Positions 47,656 to 61,600 of a stretch of DNA of 64,000 bases are shown here, piece after piece. The stretch lies in assembly GCF_964213995.1 (NCBI RefSeq), contig NC_135808.1, positions 20,460,001-20,524,000 of the forward strand, read 5' to 3'. The position numbers and the translations under genes were made by a program. Source of the stretch: Mustelus asterias. Taxonomy: Eukaryota. The notes under the pieces are model-generated. The model was not told the DNA's origin and made no database searches. It worked only from the letters and a program-made list of their open reading frames with translations. Numbering within the stretch: the stretch's first letter is position 1; each line of letters opens with the position of its first letter.

Positions 47656-48005
47656 GGGAGGCGATGGCCTCGTGGTATTATCGCTGAACTATGAATCCAG
47701 CAGCTCAGTTAATGTTATGGGGATTCGGGTTCGAATCCTACCACAGCAGCTGGTGGCATTTGAATTTGAATCAATGTAAAAATTCAGAATCTACTGATGA
47801 CTGTGAAGCGATTGTTGGAAAACCCCATCTGATTCACTAATGTCCTTCAGGAAAAGAAATCTGCCGTTCTTAGCTGGTCTGGCCTACATGTGACTCCAGA
47901 GCCACAGCAATGTGGTTGACTCTCAACTGCCCTCGGACAACTAGCAATGGGCAATAAATGCTGGCCAGCCAGCAGCGCCCATATCCCACGAATGAATGAT
48001 AAAAA
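47656..48005 (+). mobile_element. Near full-length SacSINE1-like DeuSINE ~400 nt upstream of the gene B ATG
   Basis: tRNA-like head (gtggtattatcg.. / ggttcgaatcc), central domain, and tail gggcaataaatgctggcc..cccacgaatgaa. Confidence 0.78.
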
Positions 48006-49041
48006 ATAGCATGGTGCCTATTAATGTTTCTGAAGGATCAGGAGAACGTGGTAATGCGGAACAAGGAAGATGAAAAGGATTCTTGGTATTACAGGTAATT
48101 TACTTCTTTGTGAGTAACTCACAGTTTGTGAATCGCTCTGATTGGGGCGTTTTAACTGGCGGTGGGTACAAAGCAGACGAAACCCAATTGGATGCCCATA
48201 ATACACAACACTCAGTTTTTCTTTCTGTTCAAATCACTTGCAGACAAAGCCTGGCTAATACCCATTTTATATTGCCTCCAACAGTAAAATTAACCCCAGA
48301 ATTACTCTCTTCCAAATATATGATATATGATACCGATCATCGGTGCACGAATTGAATTCCATTGAATCTCGAGAGGCTGAATTGCTTCTTTTGCACCCAT
48401 GTCCCTCTGTCAGGACTTTCCCGTTCGACTTCATCTTCGCTACTGCTCTGTTTCGATATTCATTCTCACATAACAGAGTTGCACAGGTTTAAACTCGACC
48501 GGGCGGCCTGGAGTTATTGCCGCCTAATTGTGATGTGACAGGTCTGTAATCCAAAAGCCCAGGCTAATGCTCGAGGTACTGGTGAAACGCAAAAAACGCG
48601 TTGAACAGTACACGATACGGACGGGGCTGTACAGACTGGATGCAGTGATGTTATATGTGTAACGAAGAAGGATTTATAAGGGATCGTGTGGTTAAGGATC
48701 CCCTAGGGATAATGACCACAATATGATAGAATTCCAGGTACAGTTTGAGGGTAAACGCCATAGGTCCATAACCCATGTCTTCAACTTAAATAAGGGCAAT
48801 TATAATTGAATGAGGGAAGAGTCATTTAAGGTGAACTGAAAAAACAAGCGAAGATTCAGGTCAGTAGTGGCCGATTTTCAAATAACTGTTCCAAAATGTT
48901 GAGTTAATTCCAATCAAAACATGGTGACCACAAGAAAGAGACAAAGTCTACGGTTGACAAAGTAGGTCGAAGATAATGTTAGTTTGAAAAGCAGAATATA
49001 CAATATGGCAAGGGATAGTGGTGGACCAGAGGACTGGGAAG

Positions 49042-49313
49042 TAGAATCATAGAATCCTTACAGTGCCAAAGGAGGTCGTTCGGCCCATCGAGTCTGCAAC
49101 GACAGCAATCCCACCTAAGCCCTATCCCCATAACCCTAGCAAACCCCCTAACTCTAAGGGGCAATTTAGCATGGCCAAGTAATCCAGCCTGCGCATGTTT
49201 GGAGTGTGGGAGGATGTGCAGACTCCACACACACAGTGGCTCAAGCTGGGAATCGAACCCGGGTCCTTGGCACTGTGAGGCAGTAGTGCTAACCACTGTG
49301 CCACCATGCCGCC
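49042..49313 (-). mobile_element. HE1-type V-SINE (tail a)
   Basis: Head and tail a are present, with an internal deletion. Confidence 0.85.
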
Positions 49314-49324
49314 TTTAGGACCTA

Positions 49325-51590
49325 GCAGCAAAAAACTAAAAAAAAAGCTCATAAAGAGGGAATGAATGAACTTTGAGATAAAACTTGCATGCAGCATAAA
49401 AACAACCAGTAAAAGTCAATATGCTTATATAAACATGAAGTCGACTGCTAAGGTAAATGTGGGACTTCTGCTGAACGGGGCGGGTGAATTTATAACAGCA
49501 AACAAAGAAATGGTGGATAAGCTAAATATTTGTTTGCATCAGCTTTTACAGTGGATGACATTGCAAATATCCCTAAGATATCAGATTTCAAATATCAAGG
49601 TAGAACTTACAAAAGTCCAAATTACAAGGGATAGAGTATTAGAGAAAGTCAAGAGGTTAAAAGTGGACATGTCACCAGGAGCCAGTGAACTGAACGCGAG
49701 GGTTTTATTGGAAGTGGTTGCCGAGATAGTGGACCTATTGGTTGAAATTGTTAACAACCAATTCTCCTGTTAAATTCTGGGAGAATACCTGAAGATTGGA
49801 GAACAGCCAATATGACCGCCTTGTTCAAAAGGGAGAAAGGCAGAAGGCAGGTAATGATAGGTGAGTTAATTTAACATATTATTGACATGATACCGGGGCT
49901 AATAATCAAAGAGGAAATAGGTAATCATTTCAGAAAGCTGAATGCAATCAAACCTGGTGAACATGGTTTTATGAATGGCAAACCATGTTTGACAAATTTT
50001 CTCAAAGTGTTCGAGGATGTAACAGGGAGAGTAGATGGAGGGAAACCTGTAAATGTAGTGTATTTAGATTTCCTAAAAGTATTTGACAAGGTGCTGCATA
50101 AGAGGTTAGTGCTTGAAGGAAACACCCAGGAAATTGGAGGAAGTGTAGCATGGATTGAACACTGGCTGTCAGACAGAAAACAGTGAGTTGGAATAAATGG
50201 GTCCTTTTCAGAGTGGAAAGATATAACAAGTGGAGTACCGCAGAGAGCAGTTCTTGGCCTGCAATTATTCACAATTTACATTGATGGTCTGAAGGAAGGA
50301 ACATGATGCAAAGATTCGAAATTTGCCAATGATATGAAGATAGGCAGATAGGCTTATTGTGATGAGGATATTGTGGTTCTGAAATGGGATATAGATGGAT
50401 TGGCTGACTAGGTGAAAACCTGGAGAATGGGGATTAATGTGGGGAAGTGTGAGGTGATGCACTTTGGTAGGAACGATCAAAAGGCAGATTATTATCAAAA
50501 TGCAGAGAGACTGCAGGTGAGTGAAGTACAGAGGGATCTAGGCATTCTAGTGCATGAATCACACTATGATTCATAGTGTGATTCATGCACACTATGAATG
50601 TGCATTATAGTGCACACTAATAGTGCACTATAATGAGCACTATGAATGTGCACATATAAAAGCGAGCAGGCAGGTCCAACAAATGGTTAAGAAGTCAAAC
50701 GGCATTTTGGCCTTTATCACAAAGGGGTTGGAGTTTAAAAATAGAGAGGTTTTGTTGCAATAGTGCAAGCTGTTGATGAGGCCTCGCGTGGAATATTATG
50801 GACAGTTTTGGTCCTCTTACTTAAATAAAGTATATAGATTCCCCAGGCTAATTCCTGAAATGAGAGTGTTGTCCTATCAAGAGAGACTGAACAGTCTGGG
50901 TCTGTATTCCTTGGAGATTAGGAGAGTGAGGTGTTATCTTATTCAAACAAATAAGACTATGAGGGGGGCTTGGCAGGGGACATAGCTACAAGATAAAGGG
51001 CTGGTCATTTAAAACTGAGGTGCGGGGAAAATTCTCACAGAGGGTGATGATTCTCTGGAATCCTTGGCTCTAGAGGGTGATGGAGGTTGGATCATGAGAA
51101 ATATTCAAAGTGGAGGTGCATAAATATTTGATAGCTGAAGGAATAGAGGGTTGTGGTGAAATGGCACAAAAAAGGACTTGAGGCTGGCGTAGATCGCACT
51201 GAATTTTGCTGCAGGTTTGAAGGGCCTGTTAGCTGACTCCTGATTCTATTTCGTGTGTTGTTGTGTATTCCTCTGGATGGGACGTCTAGAACAAAGGGTC
51301 ACAGTCCAAAGATACCGGTAGGCCACTTAGGACTGAGATACGAGGAGAGATTTCTTCACTCACAGCGTGGTGAACCGTTGGAATACTCCACCACAGAAGA
51401 CTTTGGAGGTCAAGTCATTAAAAGTGTTAACAAGAAAATGTATAGATTTCTAAACTCAAGTGATGTCAAGGGATATGGGGAGAGATTAGAAATATGGCGT
51501 TAAGATAGAGGGTTAGCCATCACCATATTGAATCAAGGAGCAGGCTGGGAGGGCCGAATGGCCTTCTCCTGCTTGCAATTTCTATGTTTC
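49325..51590 (+). mobile_element. Old, heavily mutated CR1 ORF2 (~1.9 kb) plus a second CR1 3' end
   Basis: Fragmentary ORFs 49366, 49887, 50773 and 51255 contain HGFMNGKPCLTN, YLDFLKVFDKV and RPRVEY. Confidence 0.88.
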
Positions 51591-53069
51591 CACCACAGCA
51601 ACTGTGAAATTTCAGTTCAACTAATTAATTAATAAAAGTGTAAACAAAAGTTAGTAATGTTGATCACAAAAGTCGAAAAGTAGTAATACCCGGAACCAGA
51701 CACCAGAGACGAGACAGTTGCACTAACTCCAATTGAGTCAGCAGAATCCTCCGTACTCGCAGCTATCCAAAAGTGGGAGAGGTCTCCCGTGAATTTATGA
51801 AGCAACAATTGGGCGTATTCAGATACACTGAATAATACCGCACAACAAATGTCCAAACTTTTCCAACATCGTTTCTGCTCATGCCCCAGAGGTGTTGTCA
51901 CGGTGTTATTCAGTGAGGACGGAGTTGCGTTGGGAGTTCTCGAATTGAGCATCGCACCTCGTGAATTCCCGGCATCAGGTCAAACATTGGAAAGGATGTG
52001 GGGATTGAGAACAGTACGGGTGGTGGAGCATTGGGGGTGTGAAAACTGTGCATGTGGAGGGCCAATGGGACATTGAAAACAGAAGGTCGAGAGTCAGTGA
52101 AAGCGCGAGTGGAGCAAAAAACGGGTGAATAGGGGGGCGATGGGAGATTGGAACCAGCGAGCTGAGAGGCAGTGGGAGATTCAAAACAGCCACTGAACAG
52201 GACAGTGGGGGATTAAAAACAGCATGTAGAGAGGCAGTGGAACTGCAAAAACAGTGTCGGTGGAGAGGCAGTGGGAAATTGAAAGCATTTGGCAGCATTA
52301 GAGAAAAGGAGCGATTAGATTGGTTGCAGAAGTAGCCAGTGGTTTAATAAGTATCTAGGAGTGGTTAAGCTTCTTCTATTCTTAAGGTTAAGACGTGTAT
52401 AGGAATTATACTATTGTAAATAGATCGTAAGTTGATTGGCCAGTTAATGATTCGTGTCGGTGACAGTATGTTAATAACCAATTTAGCACATCGGAGTTAG
52501 GGTTGATCTATAAATAAAAGCAATTAAAACATTCAAATTAAAATAAAATTCTTGAAAAAAACACCAAAAACATATTATTTTTTACTTGGGATACGTATAA
52601 CCTGTAGTTGTCAGTGGTACTCGCATTTAATTTCTACAGTACATTGTAGCCTATATGTGAATTAACGTATTTTTTAAGTTGATGTATTAGTATCACAAAT
52701 AGGCTTACAATAACTGCAATGAAGTTACTGTGAACATCCCCCAGTCGCCACACTCCAGGGCCTGTTAGGGTACACTGAGGGAGAATTTAGCATGGCCAAT
52801 GCACCTGACTAGCACGTAATTAAAAAAACAATTAAATTAACTGAATAATATAAGTAACAATGCATGACAGGTGTTGCACTGCAGCTGGGGAATGTGGGTA
52901 GTTATGAATGCCAACGCAACAAGGATAAACAATAGTGCAGAGAGTGTAGATTTCCGGATCAGGATTATTGATATGGAAATCGAACAACAGACGCAGTGCA
53001 ACGTAAGGGAAGGGGAGAAATAACTTGACACATTGTTCCAAAAGACAGTCAGAACTCTTGGAATAGGAT

Positions 53070-53930
53070 GTTTGTTTTGGTCAGCGGTGAGGGACAGGAG
53101 GATATAGCCGTGAGTGAGGCAGGGAAAGAGACCAAGCAGAGTGTACTGGAGCAACCTCAGACATTGCACATCTCAAACAGGTTGTAGGTGTTGACAACCT
53201 GTCTGGATGAAAGCGAAGGCTGCAGGGTGGATGAGCAGGCTGGCCATGAAACTGTTGTTGTTACAGGAAACTGGTGAAGTGCGGGGACATTGGGGAGGGG
53301 CGCAGGTGACAGTTGGCAGTCGGCGAGAGGGTTTGTGGGAGCAAACAGGAATGTAGTCATAGTAAAGGACACTATGGTGAGAAAGGTTGACCCTCTTGCT
53401 CTGCAGCAAAGAGTCAGAGTGCAGACAGTGGCACAGTTAGCACTGCTGTCTCATAGTGCCGGAGACATGGGTTCGATTCCTGGCTTGGCTCACTGTCTGT
53501 GCAGAGGCTGCACGTTCCCCCCGTAACTGAGTGGGTTTCCTCCGGGCGCTTCGCTTTCCTCCCACAGTCTGAATGACGTGCTGATTAGGTGCGTTGGCCA
53601 TGTTAAATTCTCCCTCACTGTACCCAAACAGGCACCGGAGTGTGGCGATTAGGGGATTTTCAATGTAACTTCATTGCAGTGTTAATGTAAGCCTACTTGT
53701 GACACCAATAAATAAACTTTAAAAGCTGTGTTGACTGCCCGGTGCTAGGGTTCAGGACATTTGCTCAGATTTGAGGGGGACATGCAGTGGGAGGGGGGAG
53801 AATCAAATTGTCGTGGTACATGTAGCTACCAACTGCATAGGCAGGATAAGGGAAGAGGCTCTGTATCGTCAGTATGAAGACTAAGGCACCATAAGAAGAA
53901 GCAGAACATCAAAGGATTATGACCTGGGCT
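53070..53930 (+). mobile_element. Degenerate CR1 ORF1 (SGNH-esterase-like) remnant split by a SINE (53418-53722)
   Basis: Decayed VVIVKDTMVR.. / ..LPGARVQDI..VVVHVATN.IGR, resembling the CR1 ORF1 esterase. Confidence 0.65.
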
Positions 53931-54469
53931 GCGTGTATACAAATTGGCTGTGGACTCATCAGAGATAAAAGCACCAGTTTGCAAAAGTGTGAGTGGCATC
54001 ATCGCTGTGAGGACATGTCTCTCCCCTCCAAGCTCGATTTGACATCCAGAGGCTGGTCATATTAATTTATTTTGTCCACTAGATATCCGGGCTACAGGTC
54101 AGTGTGTTCCAAGCACATTTGCTTTAACTCTTTGTGGTCTTGTTGGATGTGGTTTGATGTTTGTGCGTTGCTCCGTGTGTATACACACATGGAAATGTGA
54201 CTGTCATTTTTGTCTGTGCGCCCTAAAGTGGAGGAAGATCCCACATTGCAATTGTCAAACATGTTTGAGGTGTTTCAACGTGTGTGGGCGATAAGAAACT
54301 GAAATGTATTTACAATAAAATAAAGATGCTGATTTGGACTGAATTTCATTAAAGTGCGTTTTGCAACAGAGAAAATAACCAATGAGTTCATTTCATAAAA
54401 TATAAGAATCAGGACAGAAACATTGAAAATGACCTGGGAAAATCCCCTTTGAACATGAAGTACTTTGTG

Positions 54470-55185
54470 ACATGGTAGAACGCTGGTTAGCACTTGTTGT
54501 CTGATAGCGTCAGGGACCCAAGATCAATTAAAGCTTTGTCTGTGTGGAGTTTGCATGTTCACCCCGTGTCTGCGTGGGTTTCCTCCAGGTGCTCCGGTTT
54601 CCTCCCACAGTCCAGAGATGTGTAGGTTAGATGCATTGGTCGTGCTAAATTGTCCAATAGTTTCCCAAGATATGTAGGTCCCAAGTCAGTGCAGACTCGA
54701 TGGGCCGAATGGCTGACTTTTGCATTGTCGGGATTCTATAATTCTATTCTATGATGCTGTGATTCTGTAATTGTAGTCATAGAGTCATACAGCACAGCAT
54801 CAGGACTTTTGGCCCACCATGTCTATGCCGACCATCAAATAGTAATCTATACTAATCCTATTTGGGGGTGGCACGATGGCACAGTGGTTAGTACTGCTGC
54901 CTCACAGCGCCAGGGACCCAGGTTCGATTCCCGGTTTGGGTCACTGTGCGGCGTTTGCACGTTCTCTCCGTGTGTGCATGGTTTTCATCCGGGTGCTCCG
55001 GCTTCCTCCCACAATCTAAAGATGTGCAGGTTAGGTGGATTAGCCATGCTAAATTGTCACTTGGTGGTAGTGAGACTGCCAGGGGTAAATGCACGGGATT
55101 AAGGGGATAGGGCCGAGGTGGGATTGTGGTCCGTGCAGGCTCGATGGGCCAAATGGCCTCCTACCGCACTGTATGATTCTCTGAT
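54470..55185 (+). mobile_element. Two HE1-type V-SINEs (54470-54765 and 54864-55185)
   Basis: Both have a head, V-domain and tail a. Confidence 0.83.
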
Positions 55186-55974
55186 CATTTACCAACACGT
55201 GATCCACAGCCTTTTATGCCTTGGCTAATTAAGTGCTCGTCCTGATACTTCTTAAATATAGTGAGAGTACATGCCTTCACCACCCTCTCACGCACCGCAT
55301 TTCCATATTTCCACCACATCTGGGTGATTTATTTTCTCCCTCAGGTCTTCTCTGAGCCATTTACTCCTCACTTTATACTCATGCCCTCTGCCATGAGGAA
55401 AGTTTTTCTTTAAAGTTGGTATTATTTTCAGATGTCATTTTGAGGACCTGTCTCACAGACTGTTCCCGAACAGAAGAAAGTGAAAATTGGGTTTTGGGAG
55501 AAAACAGAGAAGGACAAAAGAATAGTGCAAATATTTTACCCCCTTTATCCCCAGTGTTAAAGACCGCAATGACGCAAGTGTTTGCCTTGAAGAAGTATCA
55601 CGAATATTTCAAAGTTCACAAACTATGGCAAGATTTTTGAACCCTTTCGCGTGTAAGAATGATAGAGCTTTTGTTTAAATATGATAGCTAACTTCTTCAT
55701 TCTGATTCATCTCAAGTTTTATTGCAATACAGTAAGTTAGCCTGAAGAGAGCCGCCTGAAGAAACAAAGGGGAAATGTTCTGTGATGTATCTTTCTTCTT
55801 CTAATAAAAAAAACATTACGCCTTTGACATTATTACACCTTCAGGGAAAACCTTCAAGAAAAACCTTCAGGGAAATATTACAGAACTAACCATGCATTGA
55901 ACCATATAAGGAGATGTTAGGTCAGGTGACTGAAACCTTGCTCGAAGGAGAAAATTGTAAGGATTATGTTGAAG

Positions 55975-56832
55975 ACATACGAACCTTCGAAATAGGAGTC
56001 TAAGCAGGCCACTCTACTCCTCCAGCCTGCTTCGCCATTCAATAAGATCGTGGCTCTTCTGTTTATATTGAGTTTCACATTCTCCAACGACCCCAGATAA
56101 CCTTTGATTCCCTTGCCTAACACACATCCGTCTACCTCTGCCTTCACGTTATTCAGAAACCCCGTCGCCACCATCTTCTGAGGCAAAGAGTTCCATAGCG
56201 ACATAACCCTCTTAGAGAATTTTTAAAAATCCTCATCTCTGCTTTATCTGTGAGACCCTTCATTTTTAAACACTCTACCCTTCTTCTGACTCACCCACAA
56301 GAGGAAACAACTTTTCCACATCCACTTTGTCACATTTCAGGATATTATAACTAAAACTAGAGGGCATAGGTTTAAGGTGAGAGGGGAGAGATACAAAAGT
56401 GTCCAGAGGGGCAATTTTTTCACACAGAGGGTGGTGAGTGTCTGGAACAAGCTGCCAGAGGCAGTAGTAGAGGCGGGTACAATTTTGTCTTTTAAAAAGC
56501 ATTTAGATAGTTACATGGGTACGATGGGGATAGAGGGATATGGGCCAAATGCGGGCAATTGGGATTAGCTTAGGGGTTTTAAAAAAGAAAGGGTGGCATG
56601 GACATGTTGGGCCGAAGGGCCTGTTTCCATTATGTAAACCTCTGTGACTCTATAACATTCAATGAAATCATCTCTCGCTCTTCTAAACTTCAGTGGAAAC
56701 AAGCCCGGTCCGCCCAAACGTTTTTCATAAGAGAACCCATTCATTCCAACTATCAAACTGGTTAAAACCCCTCTGAACCGCCTTCAATGCATTTACATCC
56801 TTTCTTAAACAAGGAGATCTACACTGCTTACT
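55975..56832 (-). mobile_element. Old CR1 3' fragment with a younger plus-strand CR1 3' end nested at ~56353-56650
   Basis: Minus-strand ORFs 55917 and 56565 flank plus-strand ORF 56377..56568; tataac is duplicated at both junctions. Confidence 0.8.
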
Positions 56833-57569
56833 GTAGGGCAGAATTCTCCGGCGGCTCTGGTCAAAAAGCTGGAAATTCCCGCCCGACCGGCAATGGCATT
56901 TCACATTCTCCTCAGCCCGCCCGCTAAAATTCCAGTGGCGAGCGGGAAGGGAGGATTCCGGCCGTGGTCTCACTAATGAGCTTTATAACTGAAGGATGAC
57001 ATCCTTACTGATAGGTCGAACTCCTCTCGTAACAGATTGACGGCAAGCCCGGTGAATAGGTGGAGAGATATAAAGCGGGAATACCACAGCTTGGATCCGA
57101 GACAACTAAAGAGCCACAACCGAAGAATCACTAATTGTGAAGCAATTCTAACTGGGAGTGCGCAATAGGCCAGAATAAGAGGAGAACAAATATCTCGGCT
57201 GGTCTTGGTCAGTGATATGGGAAAGGGCAAGCTCATAAAGGCAATTGAAAACGAGGATACGAACCTTAAAACCAATGCATCGCTTAAATGCGAGCCGATG
57301 TGTGTCAGCGAGCACAGAGGCGATAGTGCAGCGGGAATTGCCTGCGGGTTAAGACACTGGCATTGGCGTTGTGGGTAGATTTCGAGAGATCAGCCAATCC
57401 TATGTTTGTATAGACGACAATGGGGACATAGAAAGAATGAATGAGGAAGCGGAGACTGGGGCGACATCAGGGAATGTTGGGGAGGTGAAAGCAGGTGCTG
57501 ATGGCACACATATCTTAGAGGTGTCGGTTTGTTAACAGGAATTTGGGGGCATTTTCCGCTCAGGCAATA

Positions 57570-58291
57570 TGATGTTCATTCTCAAGGAATCTGAAGGAGT
57601 TGGTTTGCAGGTGCAGCAGGTAATTAAGAAGGCAAATGGAATTGTGTCCTTCATTGCTAGAGGGATGGAGTTTAAAAACAGCGAGATTATGTTGCAGCTA
57701 TATAAGGTGCTGGTGAGGCCACACTTGGAGTACTGTGTACAGTTTTGGTCTCCTTACTTGAGAAAGGATATACTGGCACTGGAGGTGGTGCAGAGGAGAT
57801 TCATTAGGTTGATTCCGGAGTTGAGAGGGTTGGCCTATGAGGAGAGACTGAGTAGACTGGGGCTATACTCATTAGAGTTCAGAAGAATAAGGGGAGATCT
57901 TATAGAAACATATAAGATTATGAAGGGAATAGATAAGATAGAAGCAGGGAAGTTGTTTCCACTGGCAGGTGAAACAAGAACGAAGGGCCACAGCCTCAAA
58001 ATAAGGGGAAGCAGATTTAGGACTGAGTTGAGGAGGAACTTCTTCACAGAAAGGGTTGTGAATCTGTGGAATTCCCTGCCCAGTGAAGCAGTTGAGGCTA
58101 CCTCAGTGAATGTTTTTAAGGCAAGGGTCGATAAATTTTTGACCAGTAAAGGAATTAAGGGTTATGGTGAGTGGGCGGGTAAGTGGAGCTGAGTCCACAA
58201 AAAGATTAGCCATGATCTTATTGAATGCCGGAGCAGGCTCGAAGGGCCAGGTGGCCTACTCCTGCTCCTAGTTCTTATGTTCTTATGTTCT
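57570..58291 (+). mobile_element. CR1 3' fragment with open ORF
   Basis: ORF 57569..58192; (ttcttatg)n tail. Confidence 0.93.
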
Positions 58292-58501
58292 CAATTTACC
58301 ATCGAGGTGTAAACTGGATGCAGTGCATTGATCGCCTGTTACGGCACAGTTTCCATTTGATTAGGAGTGTTACTTTCCACCTCGTGTTACACTGAAACAT
58401 CACCTTGCCTGTTTCACCACGTGGATATCGATTAGATGGCTCAATATTCCGAGCCTTTCTGGTTTAGTTTTCCTTTAAGCATTCAGGCATGTGCCAAGTA
58501 T

Positions 58502-58507
58502 TTTATT
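58502..58507 (-). promoter_or_regulatory. Candidate polyadenylation signal of gene C
   Basis: AATAAA about 100 nt after the proposed stop codon. Confidence 0.4.
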
Positions 58508-58603
58508 TTCATTACTTTCAAAACATTAAAACAAAGGCGGAAGTGCGCAGTCACAGGTTCCAGCAGCAAATTCACATTCATTTGCAAACGAAAACGGTAT
58601 TTA

Positions 58604-58677
58604 TCAACGCTTTGTGAATGTGCAACTCGTCTTCAGTGACACCGACTCCAACCATCGACCTTCGGGCCATCTGATAC
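58604..58677 (-). CDS. Gene C candidate terminal exon (GIRWPEGRWLESVSLKTSCTFTKR*)
   Basis: Acceptor tgtatgtgtcag|GT, phase 1, TGA at 58606-58604, with minus-strand AATAAA at 58507-58502. The pyrimidine tract is weak and there is no paralog support. Confidence 0.5.
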
Positions 58678-61600
58678 CTGACACATACAGCTAAAGCAAT
58701 CATGAGAGTTAAATAAATGAAAAAAATAATTCCCCTTTTCACAGCACCGTGGCAGACTTTGGTGGTACAGTGGTTACCACTGCTGCCTCACAGGGCCAGG
58801 GACCTGGATTCAATTCCTGGCTTGGGTCACTGTCTGTGTGGAGTTTGCACATTCTCCCCATGTCTGCGTAGGTTTCCTCCGGGTGCTCCGGTTTCCTCCC
58901 ACAGCCCAAAGATGTGCGGGTTAGGTGGATTGACCATGCTAAATTGCCCCTTAGTGTTAGTGGGACTACCTAGGGTAAATGCATGGGGTTACGGGAATAG
59001 GACCTGGGTGGGCTTGTGGTCGATGCAAGCTCGATGGGCCGAATGGCCTCCTTCTGTACTGTCGGATTCTGTGAACAGAGTGGTTAGCACTGTTGCCTCA
59101 CAGCGCCAAGGACCTGGGTTCGATTCCTGGCTTGGGTCACATATGGTGCAGTCTGTACGTTCTCCCCGTTTCTGCATGATTTCCTCCGGGTGCTCCGCTT
59201 TCCTCCCACAGTCGGAAAGACGTGCTAGTTAGGTGCATTGGTCATACTCAATTCTCCCTCAGTGTACCCGGACAGGCGCTGGAGTGTGGGGACGAGGGGA
59301 TTTTCACAGTAACTTTAGTGCAGTGTTAATGTAAGCCGACTTGTGACAATAATAAGTTCACATTAAACTTAAATGTATCACATCTGAAAACTGATTCTGC
59401 TCATTAGAACAACAGAACAAGGATATAAATGAACTCGTTCTCATTAAGATAATTGATAACTTCCGCTGATTATAGCGAAATTACAACCTTAGACAGGATT
59501 ATATTTTCATTGTAATTAATTAACGGTCAATCTTATAATGGAAAGGTGAAATTCAGCATTTTGTTTAATTACTAGAGGTTAATTGTGGAGATTATATGTA
59601 TTTTGTCGCCGAAAGAGTAATAAGCTTGCAACTTCACCGGGTTCACTTCGCTATCCGAATGCATTGCGGAATTGGGACTGTTAAATTTAGTCAACAATTC
59701 TCACCAGCCGCGCTGGTGGACGGAAACAGATTGCCTTAATTTCATAATTTGCAATTTTTGAGCTTGAACCTTGGAATTGTAAAGCGTTACAAAAATGAAA
59801 TTGATGCATAGCTCGGATAACTTTAAATAAAAATGCGGCCGATCTGTTGGCACTATGAAGGATTGAGATTACACATAGAAACAACATGCACCTTTGCTTT
59901 TCTTTTGGTAATATATGACAATAGTTCCCGTCGAGAACAGGACCAGTACAAACAGTGTTTTTGTTATAAGCAGGGCCGTCGATGCATCCATGGAATTAGC
60001 CGGCCTCTGATTCCACGTCTCCGCTGCTATAAGAAAACAAACGTCATTTATTTTTTGCTTCTTTTCCCATCGTCGTCACTCCCACCTTAACTATATGGAT
60101 TACATCATAATTAAAGAGTTAGAGAGAGAAATTAAACGATGCACCGAATAGGGTTGATTGAAATGATCCTGGGGGCGAGGATACTGGACCAGACAATAGT
60201 ATACAACTCCAAGGCTGCGATAGTGGGGGGGGGGGGGGGGGGGGGGATATTCAGAAAGAATTAATCAAATGGACTCAAACCGATGCATCTCTTAACTCGG
60301 ATTAAGCCGGGCAGCGAAAATCCTTGGATTTCTGTTTTGCCTTTTGCAAAGTTCCAATTAACTACACCGTTAGCATGGTAGAGGAACATAGGAATTAGGA
60401 GCAGAAGGAGACAATTCAGCTCCTCGGGGCTGCCCCAAAGATGCCTTGTTAGCCGGAGGCTTTCCGTCTGCCTCTGCAGATGGATTCCAGTATCTCGTGT
60501 GGCCATCGGAGGAGGAGTGGGGGAATTCATCAAGTTTCCTGAGGAATGTTTGTCTCAATCAAATGAGCAAAATGGTTTAGTTGATTAGCTAATGTGTGAG
60601 TGACTAAACTGTGCAAAAAATTATTGCTGCGTTTGGTTACATAACGATGGTGACCACATTAGGAAATTAATTGAATGATTCAGTTAGGAATATGCTAAAG
60701 TGGGCGAATTTCTATTGCCACCGGAGAGTTAATTAAATCAGCCGTCTAATCAGATTCGTTGCTTCAAGTGACTTAACCGACACTCGAAGACTGACTCCAC
60801 ATAGGTGTACAAATGTCCCTGGAGAGGGAGCATGCGCTGTGCACGGGCGCAGTTGACGCCTTCCGCGTCCGTTGGGCACCGCAGGGGTTGGGGTGCTTTA
60901 TCGACCCTAATAATCACATTATAATTTGATGTTTTCAAGTTTCCTATGTACTTTGATTTTGTTTGGGCTGTTCCCCCTCCTTTTGGGGAGCTGCCCCTTT
61001 TACTTTATCCTTGAGTTAATTTGAGTTGGTTTATTTGGTTGGCCCAAAAAGAGGCATAGGTGTACAAATATCAAAGTTAATTAATTTAGGTAATTAGTAT
61101 TTCATTACAAGATGCCATTCTCATTAGCACATGGAAACTGTCTTTGGGAATAGGTAATAAACACTGTAGATTTCAGATTGGTGATCAAGCCAAGCCCTGC
61201 AACACAAACCCGCCTGTGAATATCTAACAAGTATTGTTTAAACATTCTAATTGGACTGTTTGTGGGGTATCCTTTATTTCCACCAGCAGGCATAGTTAAC
61301 CCAACTGGGAAATATTAGATCGCCCACTGCCAAAAGAGCAGTGATCTATGAACTGAGACCGAATCGAAACTGGGATTATTTGCTTCACAAGAATGCTTCC
61401 TGGGATGAGAGGTGAGATTGAGCAGAATAGGGATACAGTGCATGGAGGTAAGGCGAAATGGGAGGGGGAGAGGGGGAGAGGGAGGGAATTGTGTACAGTT
61501 CTTAGCGGGTTTAATAGATTCAGTGCTGAGGGGTTGCTTGCCCCGTGTGGAGAGCATTGAAACCAGTCACGGGATTAGTGCACTTCATGGTCAGCTTTGA

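Noticed and set aside
47656-47760. tRNA gene candidates (A/B-box-like motifs, ggttcgaatcc)
   Set aside because: These are tRNA-derived SINE heads that continue into SINE bodies, with no complete cloverleaf.
51629-52320. ORFs of 75-107 aa and loose gaggcagtggga repeats between genes B and C
   Set aside because: There is no homology to the receptor exons and no recognisable domain; this is probably decayed 5' sequence of a retroelement.
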